Origin: Patescibacteria group bacterium
GTDB lineage: Bacteria; Patescibacteriota; Patescibacteriia; Patescibacteriales; UBA12465
Length of the DNA stretch: 64,000 nucleotides
Direction of reading: 5' to 3'
NCBI GenBank assembly: GCA_041651355.1
Contig: JBAZJK010000001.1
Location: forward strand, 753,489 to 817,488
Made by a program: the position numbers and the translations under genes. The notes under the pieces were generated by a model. That model searched no databases, was not told where the DNA came from, and was given only the letters and a program-made list of their open reading frames with translations. Below are positions 53,216 to 60,870 of this stretch, in pieces; position 1 is the first letter of the stretch; the number at the start of each line of letters is the position of its first letter.

Positions 53216-53965
53216 CTAACTTTTGAGACCGCTTGACGCTTTTAACAAGCGTTTTTTTAATTTTAATAAATTGGTCAGAAACTTGAAACTATCACGAAAA
53301 AATTTAACCTTACTGGGACGAGCTTGGTATCTTTCTTCCCGCCAATCAACCGGGATCTCTTGCAGGCGCCAACCCTGTCTAGCAGAAAAAACTAAGAGCT
53401 CGGTATCAAAAAACCAATGATCATCTAAAATCTCTTGAGCGACTGACCTAAAAACCTCATTTTTAAAAGCCTTGAAGCCGCACTGGGAATCAGAAAAACG
53501 GTGGCCCAGGAGGAGACGAGATAAAGCGTTGAAAATATAGGAACTCAAGGTCCGGTACCAAGAGCGATCAGTCTTTGACCCGGATAACAAGCGAGAAGCA
53601 AAGACTAAATCGGCTTCATTGCTTAATATCGGTTGTAAAAGAGCGGGCAGAGCTTTAAGATCAACCGCCAAATCAATATCCATATAAACCAAGACTTCGG
53701 CCTGGCTCAGCAAGAAATAATGTTTCAAGGACCGCCCCTTGCCGCCTAGTTTAAACTCTAGGGATTGAATTTTTTCCGGGAATCTCAAACATAAATCGCG
53801 GGTTATCTGAGCCGATTGATCGTTAGAGCCGTTAACTATGACCAAAAGGCGCCAATCTTTGTCTTGAAAAAATATTTCCCGCCCAAGATAATCAAGCACC
53901 TTTAAAATATTACTTTCCAAAATTTTTTCTTCATTGTAGACAGGGAGGCAGATCTCTATTTTCAT
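53216..53965 (-). CDS. Family 2 glycosyltransferase (polyprenol-phosphate sugar synthase-like)
   Basis: 249 aa with N-terminal CLPVYNEE, a DxD motif (YMDIDLAV) and a Dpm1/GtrB-like layout. Confidence 0.78.
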   Translation of the reverse strand: MKIEICLPVYNEEKILESNILKVLDYLGREIFFQDKDWRLLVIVNGSNDQSAQITRDLCLRFPEKIQSLEFKLGGKGRSLKHYFLLSQAEVLVYMDIDLAVDLKALPALLQPILSNEADLVFASRLLSGSKTDRSWYRTLSSYIFNALSRLLLGHRFSDSQCGFKAFKNEVFRSVAQEILDDHWFFDTELLVFSARQGWRLQEIPVDWREERYQARPSKVKFFRDSFKFLTNLLKLKKRLLKASSGLKS

Positions 53966-53966
53966 A

Positions 53967-55367
53967 TTACTTCACTTTATAAAAATATAACTTATCCTCG
54001 ACGTCAAAGACTAGATCATATTCACGCCTGATATATGATTCTACCACATTATCACGCTTATGTCGGAAACGCTGCAAAGGATCAGCATAAGCTAAAATGG
54101 CACAATCTGGCCTATTTTCAGCCAGGTCGCCAAGAGCTGAGGCGAACTGTTCTTCAGTCTGATGCCCGCTAATTAAGATATCAAAACTAGTAGCATTAAC
54201 CTTGCCGGATTCAAAATATAGATTAGGGAAAAATGGACCGACAAAAAGATAGGGCGAATGACAATTCTCTTGTATATAGGCAATAAATTTCTGGCTGCGG
54301 AAAGAAAATGGCCCCCACCACTTATCCTTAAGGTAAATAATCGAGGGAACAAGTAGCTGTAAAATAAAGATTAGAGCTACTACAGCCAGAACTATTTTCT
54401 CTATAATTCCCGACCTTACGGTTCTTAGATAGATAAAAGAAGCCAGACTAAATAAAGGGAAAAGCGATAAAAATAGATGATACTTATCGGGCAGGGGCCA
54501 ACAAGCGACTAATAAAAATGCTTGCAAATAAAGCAATAAGCGTAAATCTTGACGTTTTTCTCGGCGTAAAAACAGCACAACTAGCAGCCAAATAACGGAA
54601 AAAAGTCCTAATCTGGCGTAAGAAATACGATTAGCTTCAATGTAGTGCAATAGAGGGAAATCTATTAAATTGGAATACAACACCTTTAGAGGCCATAACA
54701 ACAGGATAAGCAAAGGAGCGATAGTGCTGATTGTATAATAAAATAATACCTTGGCTTGCGCGACGAACTCTTTTCTGAATAATAAGCTGAAAAAAATAAA
54801 AGAGGCCGCGGCCCCAAAAAATGCCAAACCCTTTTGTTGTAAGAACAATATTCCCAGGCCGCTCATTAGTCCCGCCCAACAGACTGATATAATCTTGTTA
54901 TCTTTTAAATAAGACAGCAAAAAATAGGTAGCCCAAATCAAGCAAACAGTATTAAAAACATTATGGTTAATCAGCCAAAACCAAGCAGAGACAAAAACCA
55001 AAAAAATAGGGATTATATAATTAATCCAGGATCGACAAACTTTTTGGCTAATAGAAAAAATACCGACTATCCCGACAAACCAAATCAAATCGGCCAAAAT
55101 TTGAGCCGGCCAGAAGCCCACCCCAAATATCTTCCAACAAAAGTAGACTAAATAGAAGCCAGCCGGAGGAATAAAGGCAAAAAAATCAAGATAAAGCTGC
55201 CGGTGATTAAACAGGTTCCAGGCGCCACCCAGTAAAACGCCCTCATCACTGTTTAAATAATGGGTTGAATGCAGGAAAAAAATGCCAAAAAATATCGTTA
55301 ACCAATAAATTAGTCGTAACAATTTTGATGGCTTTAAAATTTTATTCCTTATTGCTATTTTTTTCAT
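53967..55367 (-). CDS. Polytopic GT-C-type glycosyltransferase (ArnT/PMT-like), putative
   Basis: 466 aa with about 11 TM helices and an acidic motif in the first external loop (NSDEG). It starts 1 nt from the GT2 gene. Confidence 0.5.
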   Translation of the reverse strand: MKKIAIRNKILKPSKLLRLIYWLTIFFGIFFLHSTHYLNSDEGVLLGGAWNLFNHRQLYLDFFAFIPPAGFYLVYFCWKIFGVGFWPAQILADLIWFVGIVGIFSISQKVCRSWINYIIPIFLVFVSAWFWLINHNVFNTVCLIWATYFLLSYLKDNKIISVCWAGLMSGLGILFLQQKGLAFFGAAASFIFFSLLFRKEFVAQAKVLFYYTISTIAPLLILLLWPLKVLYSNLIDFPLLHYIEANRISYARLGLFSVIWLLVVLFLRREKRQDLRLLLYLQAFLLVACWPLPDKYHLFLSLFPLFSLASFIYLRTVRSGIIEKIVLAVVALIFILQLLVPSIIYLKDKWWGPFSFRSQKFIAYIQENCHSPYLFVGPFFPNLYFESGKVNATSFDILISGHQTEEQFASALGDLAENRPDCAILAYADPLQRFRHKRDNVVESYIRREYDLVFDVEDKLYFYKVK

Positions 55368-57012
55368 TTCGATGATAAAGGAGGCTAACAGAATCAGAGT
55401 ATACCAGAGTCCAATCAGACGAAGAGGCTAAAAAATCCAATAATTCATTATCTTTATTGATTTCATCTTCGTTAATCATCATGAAGCTCTTTTCAAAAGC
55501 ATTCAAATGTAGCCGTCCTACCGGATTCCTAGATAAAACCAAATCTATATTATATTCCTCAAGCTTATCAACCAGCTTATCCTGATCAAAAAAATCAAAA
55601 TATTCTTCTAAGATAGAACGTCCTTTAAAATCAGCCTGGGGCATGCGTCCATCTATAAATAATTGCTTTTCTGGATATCGCCACAGCAAATAACCGCCCC
55701 AGCCAAAATCGTTAAACAAACGCTGGTTCTTAAAAAGAGGTTCGGATTTTATAAAAGCTAGAGCCTGACAAGGATAGAGGAATTGTCGGCGGCCGGGCCG
55801 ATATTTATCCTCGCAAAAATTTTGGAAGGGATCCTGAGTGAACTTTATTCCTAAAGCCAAATTAGCAGTTACCACCAAGAAAGTCGAAATAATAAAAAAC
55901 TTGATAAAGATATCTAGGCCCCTATTCTTAAGAGTTAGTCTCTCTTCTTTTGTTTTCCAAACCGGCAAAATATCACTAATAAATAATTTAAACAGGAGAG
56001 GAAAGGAAACGATAAAAAACAGAGGAAAGTGACGCCTTGATTTAATGGCTAAAACTAAAAAGAACAAAAACATCAGGCCGGCGAACAAATCCAATTTTAT
56101 CTCTTTCTTTTTAAGAATTTTCCTAGTCCAAAAATAGATAGCCAAGAGGCTAACGGAAATATAGGTGAACTGCCAATATTGGTAAGGGAAGGCCCATTGG
56201 GGCAACCATTCAGATATATGGTTAAAATAGAAAGTGTTACCATAGCTAGAGAGGAAGTCGTAGAGGCTAAGGCCATAAGGACCTAGAAGGGTACTAACCC
56301 AAGCCAACAGCAAAAAGGCGACGAACATTAAAATTTCTAGCCAGGAGAACACCGTCGTGCGATCTAAGAAAGACAAGGCTTTTTGATTAATAACTAAACG
56401 CTCAAAAACCTTAAGCCCGATAAACATAAAAAGGATTCCTAAACCGAGTAAAAAGCCGCCGTGCAGATTCGCCCATAAATAAAAAAGTGGCAGCAGCCAC
56501 CACAAGACCAGCCATTTTCTATATTTACTATAATTTAAGATTATAACCAAAAGAAGGACAAAAAAGAGCCAAGTGATCTCTTGTATTCTGACGCCTAGAT
56601 GGGGTGCAACCGCTACAAGGGACAAGCTTTCAAATAAAATCAAAGGCCATAAATATTTTTTTAAGCTAATATTAAAATAATTATTTAAAAAATTATTTAA
56701 GATAAACAAGACAATCAAGGGTATGAAACAAAAAAATAAATTCAGCGTTAAATAACCAAGATTGTTATAAACATAGTAAATTGTCAAATTAGACAACCAT
56801 TCATGATCCACCCAAGAGAAGCCTTCAAGGGTATAATTAGAGTAATTGATGGTTGGAACCTTGCCAGTACTGGCAATTTCTTGCCCTAAGCGAAGGTGCC
56901 AACCAAAATCAGGGTCGAGATAAGAAAAAGAATGCTGTAATAAAAAAACGAACACCAGAAGGTAAAATAAGACCCAGACTACTTTATAAAAAGGCAAACT
57001 TATTTTGGTCAT
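55342..57012 (-). CDS. Large polytopic membrane protein, putative GT-C-like
   Basis: About 556 aa from the ATG at 57012 (the track uses the TTG at 57021). It has at least 12 TM helices, a first-loop motif YLDPDFGWHL and a soluble C-terminal domain. Confidence 0.4.
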   Translation of the reverse strand: MTKISLPFYKVVWVLFYLLVFVFLLQHSFSYLDPDFGWHLRLGQEIASTGKVPTINYSNYTLEGFSWVDHEWLSNLTIYYVYNNLGYLTLNLFFCFIPLIVLFILNNFLNNYFNISLKKYLWPLILFESLSLVAVAPHLGVRIQEITWLFFVLLLVIILNYSKYRKWLVLWWLLPLFYLWANLHGGFLLGLGILFMFIGLKVFERLVINQKALSFLDRTTVFSWLEILMFVAFLLLAWVSTLLGPYGLSLYDFLSSYGNTFYFNHISEWLPQWAFPYQYWQFTYISVSLLAIYFWTRKILKKKEIKLDLFAGLMFLFFLVLAIKSRRHFPLFFIVSFPLLFKLFISDILPVWKTKEERLTLKNRGLDIFIKFFIISTFLVVTANLALGIKFTQDPFQNFCEDKYRPGRRQFLYPCQALAFIKSEPLFKNQRLFNDFGWGGYLLWRYPEKQLFIDGRMPQADFKGRSILEEYFDFFDQDKLVDKLEEYNIDLVLSRNPVGRLHLNAFEKSFMMINEDEINKDNELLDFLASSSDWTLVYSDSVSLLYHRNEKNSNKE

Positions 57013-57044
57013 AAAAGGCAAATCCTCAATTTGTGGCTAAAATT

Positions 57045-57085
57045 ATGATAACATATTTGTTTTCATTTTTAAAATATGTTATCAT
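57045..57085. promoter_or_regulatory. Candidate operator: perfect 12-bp inverted repeat in a divergent promoter region
   Basis: ATGATAACATAT (57045-57056), 17 nt, ATATGTTATCAT (57074-57085), between the glycosyltransferase operon and the pilin array. Confidence 0.45.
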
Positions 57086-57127
57086 TATTAGTATCAATAA
57101 AAATTACAACTAGAAAGGTGGTGAATT

Positions 57128-57523
57128 ATGAATAAAAAATTATTAGGCAAAAGCCTTTTATCTTTCGCAATAATAATGCTTTTGATTTTACCAGTATTCG
57201 CTTTCGTTAGAACGTCTGCCGCCCAGGGTCTTGATGTTGGTATCAATGAGATCAACAATGAAATCCAATTAGGCACAGACGATCCTAGACTTATCGTCGC
57301 CAGGATCATCAACACTGCGATGTTATTCTTAGGTATTATTGCTGTTGTCATCATCTTAGCAGCTGGTTTCAAATGGATGACTGCTGGCGGCAATGAAGAT
57401 AAGGTGGCTGAATCTAGAAAGTTAATGGGAGCTGGCGTCATCGGTTTAGTTATCATTTTAGCCGCTTGGGGTATCGCCAGATTCGTGTTAGAGAGATTAA
57501 TCAATGCTACTAACAACCAATAA
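57128..57523 (+). CDS. VirB2/TrbC-like two-helix pilin-family protein (paralog 1)
   Basis: 131 aa with AAGGTGGTG Shine-Dalgarno, a signal peptide, the loop AAGFKWMTAGGNEDKVAESRK and helix 2 (VIGLVIILAAWGIARFV). Confidence 0.75.
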   Translation: MNKKLLGKSLLSFAIIMLLILPVFAFVRTSAAQGLDVGINEINNEIQLGTDDPRLIVARIINTAMLFLGIIAVVIILAAGFKWMTAGGNEDKVAESRKLMGAGVIGLVIILAAWGIARFVLERLINATNNQ

Positions 57524-57583
57524 ACCGTAGCATTATTTTCGGAGATCGATTTCGGAAAAAGTGGTCCTCATTAATAAATGGGG

Positions 57584-57624
57584 ATCACCGCCCTAAATAT
57601 AAAAATTGTATTTAGGGCGGTGAT
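57584..57624 (+). promoter_or_regulatory. Perfect 16-bp stem-loop between pilin genes 1 and 2 (no U-tract)
   Basis: ATCACCGCCCTAAATA (57584-57599), loop TAAAAATTG, TATTTAGGGCGGTGAT (57609-57624). Confidence 0.5.
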
Positions 57625-57633
57625 AACAATACT

Positions 57634-58047
57634 ATGAATTTATCTCTTATAAAAAAGACAGTTTTATTTATGGGGCTGTTTTTTTGTTTTATTTCTTCAT
57701 TCCAAGCTCTACCAGCCCTAGCGCAAACGCAAGTTGATAAAAGCTATGGTCTAGACGAGACCATGGGAGCGGACAATAGTAAATTAAGACAAGCTCTTTC
57801 AGACACCGACCCCAGGGAAAGAGTAGGTCAGATTATCGGCATCATCCTATCCTTCATCGGAGTTGTTTTCTTGGTCTTAATGATCTACGCCGGTATCCTT
57901 TGGATGACGGCGGCTGGCAATGACCAACAGGTTAACAAGGCAAAAAATTTATTGATAAACGCCATTATTGGTCTAATAATCGTCTTCGCTGCTTATGCGA
58001 TCACTGCTTACGTCGGAGACCTACTAACCAACACTAGCGGGACATAA
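57634..58047 (+). CDS. VirB2/TrbC-like two-helix pilin-family protein (paralog 2)
   Basis: 137 aa with a signal peptide, loop YAGILWMTAAGNDQQVNKAK and helix 2 (IIGLIIVFAAYAITAYV). Confidence 0.75.
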   Translation: MNLSLIKKTVLFMGLFFCFISSFQALPALAQTQVDKSYGLDETMGADNSKLRQALSDTDPRERVGQIIGIILSFIGVVFLVLMIYAGILWMTAAGNDQQVNKAKNLLINAIIGLIIVFAAYAITAYVGDLLTNTSGT

Positions 58048-58048
58048 A

Positions 58049-58444
58049 ATGAAAAAGTTAGCCAAAAATCTGATCGCCCTATGTTTGTCTGTTTTGATGC
58101 TTCTGCCGGTCCTAAGTCAGGCAGAAACTTTTAATTTTGCCACTGATACTGGCCTAGCTTCCACCAGCGACAAAGCTGGCTTCAGCCAAGAAAAGAAAAG
58201 TCCGGAAAATATAGTCCAGCCAATCATAACCGCTGTTTTATCTTTGATCGGTGTCCTATTCTTAGGTTTAGCAATTTTTGGCGGTATAAAATGGATGACG
58301 GCCAAGGGTAACGAAAAACAAGTGAATGAGGCGCAAATGATTATCACTAATGCCATAATTGGCTTAGTAGTAGTAGCGGCTGCTTATGCGATTACCTACT
58401 TTGTCCTTAAAAGCATCGCCAGCCAAACATTCAAGGGAGTATGA
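58049..58444 (+). CDS. VirB2/TrbC-like two-helix pilin-family protein (paralog 3)
   Basis: 131 aa with loop FGGIKWMTAKGNEKQVNEAQ and helix 2 (IIGLVVVAAAYAITYFV). Confidence 0.75.
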   Translation: MKKLAKNLIALCLSVLMLLPVLSQAETFNFATDTGLASTSDKAGFSQEKKSPENIVQPIITAVLSLIGVLFLGLAIFGGIKWMTAKGNEKQVNEAQMIITNAIIGLVVVAAAYAITYFVLKSIASQTFKGV

Positions 58445-58917
58445 AAAAGCTATATCAATCAATAATTATAATCCTAATCTTGACGCTGGCTATATCTTTT
58501 GGATCTTCAGCTCTTCTAGCGGCCAGTTCTACGCCCCCGGTCAACCCTAAAGAATTAAATCTCCAAGATGCCTTTAAAACTCGGGACGGTAACGTCTGCC
58601 AAGGCGGCGACACTTTAGACTGCGTGGCTGATAAAGCTGGATTTGATACCGGTAAGATAGCCCAAAATGGCAGCAACGACACCATCGAGCCGATGATCCG
58701 GACGATTATAAATATAGTCCTATCATTATTGGGGATTATATTCATCGCTTTTATCATCTATGGCGGCTGGGATTGGTTTTCAGCGCGCGGAAATGAACAA
58801 AAACTAGACCGAGCTAAAGACACTCTAACCCAAGCCATCATCGGACTGCTGATCGTCTTAGGTGCTTACGCTATCAGTTATTTTGTTCTCAACATCTTTA
58901 TCCCTTACCTAAAGTAA
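58441..58917 (+). CDS. VirB2/TrbC-like two-helix pilin-family protein (paralog 4, longest variable region, two Cys)
   Basis: 158 aa with an ATGA overlap to paralog 3, loop YGGWDWFSARGNEQKLDRAK and helix 2 (IIGLLIVLGAYAISYFV). Confidence 0.75.
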   Translation: MKKLYQSIIIILILTLAISFGSSALLAASSTPPVNPKELNLQDAFKTRDGNVCQGGDTLDCVADKAGFDTGKIAQNGSNDTIEPMIRTIINIVLSLLGIIFIAFIIYGGWDWFSARGNEQKLDRAKDTLTQAIIGLLIVLGAYAISYFVLNIFIPYLK

Positions 58918-58921
58918 AATT

Positions 58922-59329
58922 ATGAAAAAAAAATTAAAAGCCTTGCTAGTCTTGTTATTTTTAACCGCCATCTTGGTTTTGCCTTATTTCGTCTTTGCCC
59001 AAACGCCCACCAGCAGCCCCAGCAATAACCCCGTGGACAAGCTAAAGGTTGTAACTAGCGGCTCATACCAAGAAGCAGATGAATATACTTTAGCAGAGAT
59101 ACTAGGTCGAATCGCTAATGCCTTTCTTAGCCTCTTGGCGATCATTTTCATAATCCTTATCATCTTGGCTGGATACAACTGGCTTACAGCTAGCGGTAAT
59201 GAGCAAAAAGTAGAAAAAGCGAAAGACACCATGACGCGCTCGATCATCGGCCTTCTAATTATATTGGGAGCCTGGGCAATTTGGATATTCATATTAAATA
59301 GCGGCCTTATCGGGGCGACCTTAAGCTAA
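58922..59329 (+). CDS. VirB2/TrbC-like two-helix pilin-family protein (paralog 5)
   Basis: 135 aa with loop LAGYNWLTASGNEQKVEKAK and helix 2 (IIGLLIILGAWAIWIFI). Confidence 0.75.
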   Translation: MKKKLKALLVLLFLTAILVLPYFVFAQTPTSSPSNNPVDKLKVVTSGSYQEADEYTLAEILGRIANAFLSLLAIIFIILIILAGYNWLTASGNEQKVEKAKDTMTRSIIGLLIILGAWAIWIFILNSGLIGATLS

Positions 59330-59333
59330 AATT

Positions 59334-59756
59334 ATGAAAAAAATTAAACTCTTGACTTTAACATTAATGGGTTTGGTGATAATGAATCTTGGAGTCCAGC
59401 CTCTTTTAGCGGCTACGAGCTCACCAGCTATTAATATCCAAGAGCAAAGCAATAGATTTAACCAGCAGGCAGGCTTCATGTCCAGCGACCTTGGCACTAT
59501 CATCTCTTTAATCATTAAAGTGTTGTTAGGCTTCTTGGCCCTTATATTCCTAGTATTAATAATTATCGCCGGTTTCCAATGGATGACAGCGGCCGGTAAT
59601 GAACAACAGATAGAAAAATCCCAAGCGACGATTAAGGCGGCGGCTATCGGGCTGGTTATCGTTCTCTCAGCCTACGCCATTACTTATTTTGTCTTCAATA
59701 AACTGCCATTCAACATGGCCGGACCAAGCGGTCCGGTTTCTAGCGGTCCATATTAA
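59334..59756 (+). CDS. VirB2/TrbC-like two-helix pilin-family protein (paralog 6)
   Basis: 140 aa with loop IAGFQWMTAAGNEQQIEKSQ and helix 2 (AIGLVIVLSAYAITYFV). Confidence 0.75.
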   Translation: MKKIKLLTLTLMGLVIMNLGVQPLLAATSSPAINIQEQSNRFNQQAGFMSSDLGTIISLIIKVLLGFLALIFLVLIIIAGFQWMTAAGNEQQIEKSQATIKAAAIGLVIVLSAYAITYFVFNKLPFNMAGPSGPVSSGPY

Positions 59757-59776
59757 AAATAAAGATAAGCCAAAAG

Positions 59777-59808
59777 AAAAAAGGCGGCCGTTTTGGTCGC
59801 CTTTTTTT
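59777..59808. terminator. Bidirectional intrinsic terminator closing the pilin array
   Basis: Stem AAGGCGGCC/GGTCGCCTT (one G-U pair) flanked by A6 and T7 runs. Confidence 0.7.
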
Positions 59809-59827
59809 CAAAGATCGAGGTATATTA

Positions 59828-60658
59828 TTAGTAAGGGGGGTAGAAGACATATCCATGACAGGCTATACCTGCATAATTCTGGACGACTCTTCCAACCGTG
59901 AGATTAATGGCACGTAAAGTGCTACGATATTCAGTAACTACCAGGTAGTTACCGGGGACCAATGTTATCTCCATTCTCGTTTTCGCTGGTACAGCGATTG
60001 ATTGCGACAAACCGCCATTTAATGGTTTAAACTGGAATGAAACCATCCCTATAGCCTGGTTATCAATGACCACCTTCAACATTATTGTTGAATCAACCAT
60101 GGTGCCATAAATAGGCAAATGTTCCAGTACATTAATTGAGGATTCCTCACGTCTTATGACGTTAGCTTGAAGCCTGCGCTTCATGGTATTCTGAGTCATC
60201 TCTCGGGGTATCCCGGTGGTGTTAGTATAACGATCAAAGATCGCTTTCCTGTTCTGCTCTAATTGAGCAATGCGGGAGTATAACCCGGTTAATTGAGAGG
60301 CGACAGCCCTGTTGTTTCTAACCTGTTCGGCCTTGCTTTTCCTTGTTTCATTCAGGAGGCTACTGAGTTTTTTAAGCTCCCTGATGCTTTTCAACTGGGA
60401 AGTAACATCTTTTGGATTAGCCGTATCGGCTTGAAGCTTGGCAATCAGAGCCATGAGTTTGGATTCCACCATAATCGTGGAGCTGGTGTCCTCCATGCTG
60501 TTTTCCAAGCGATTTGCCTGGTTCTGTAGACGAGTAATCTCGCCTTCAATGTGGGCAATTTGCCTGTTTTCCTGCCTAGTTTGGCCGGAAGCGACGGGAG
60601 CGGTGAACATAAGCCAAAAAATGGCTAAAATTACGGATAAAAAAGTGGTTGTCTTCAT
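59828..60658 (-). CDS. Secreted coiled-coil protein with a C-terminal beta-rich domain (hypothetical)
   Basis: 276 aa with a signal peptide (MKTTTFLSVILAIFWLMFTAPVASG), about 120 aa of heptad-like sequence, then a beta-rich C-terminus. Confidence 0.5.
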   Translation of the reverse strand: MKTTTFLSVILAIFWLMFTAPVASGQTRQENRQIAHIEGEITRLQNQANRLENSMEDTSSTIMVESKLMALIAKLQADTANPKDVTSQLKSIRELKKLSSLLNETRKSKAEQVRNNRAVASQLTGLYSRIAQLEQNRKAIFDRYTNTTGIPREMTQNTMKRRLQANVIRREESSINVLEHLPIYGTMVDSTIMLKVVIDNQAIGMVSFQFKPLNGGLSQSIAVPAKTRMEITLVPGNYLVVTEYRSTLRAINLTVGRVVQNYAGIACHGYVFYPPY

Positions 60659-60782
60659 GATTGATATGTTTTTTTTGTTTAATATTCGTTGTTTTAATGT
60701 TCGAGTAAATCCTTTTTAATTTACTTAGGGTAAGTATATCACACTTTATTAATATTGTCAATATTTATCCCCAGGCCTAATC

Positions 60783-60811
60783 TTGACTTTAAAAGGCGGC
60801 TGTGATATAAA
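60783..60811 (+). promoter_or_regulatory. Sigma70-type promoter with extended -10
   Basis: TTGACT (60783-60788), 17-nt spacer, TGaTATAAA (-10 at 60806-60811). Confidence 0.5.
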
Positions 60812-60870
60812 GATAAGTTCAAAAATTCCCCTTTAATAGGGGTTTTTGATTTCCCAAATTAAACAATTAT

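Noticed and set aside
58441-58444. Possibility of an alternative genetic code (UGA read as Gly or Trp, as in some candidate phyla)
   Set aside because: TGA clearly terminates genes here. Examples are the ATGA overlaps at 58441-58444 and 51563-51566. Conserved proteins are full length under the standard code.
57094-59515. Minus-strand ORFs antisense to the pilin genes (57094-57516, 58117-58356, 58455-58757, 58984-59292, 59321-59515)
   Set aside because: The plus-strand frames show a repeated, conserved family motif and signal peptides. The antisense frames are not conserved between paralogs.
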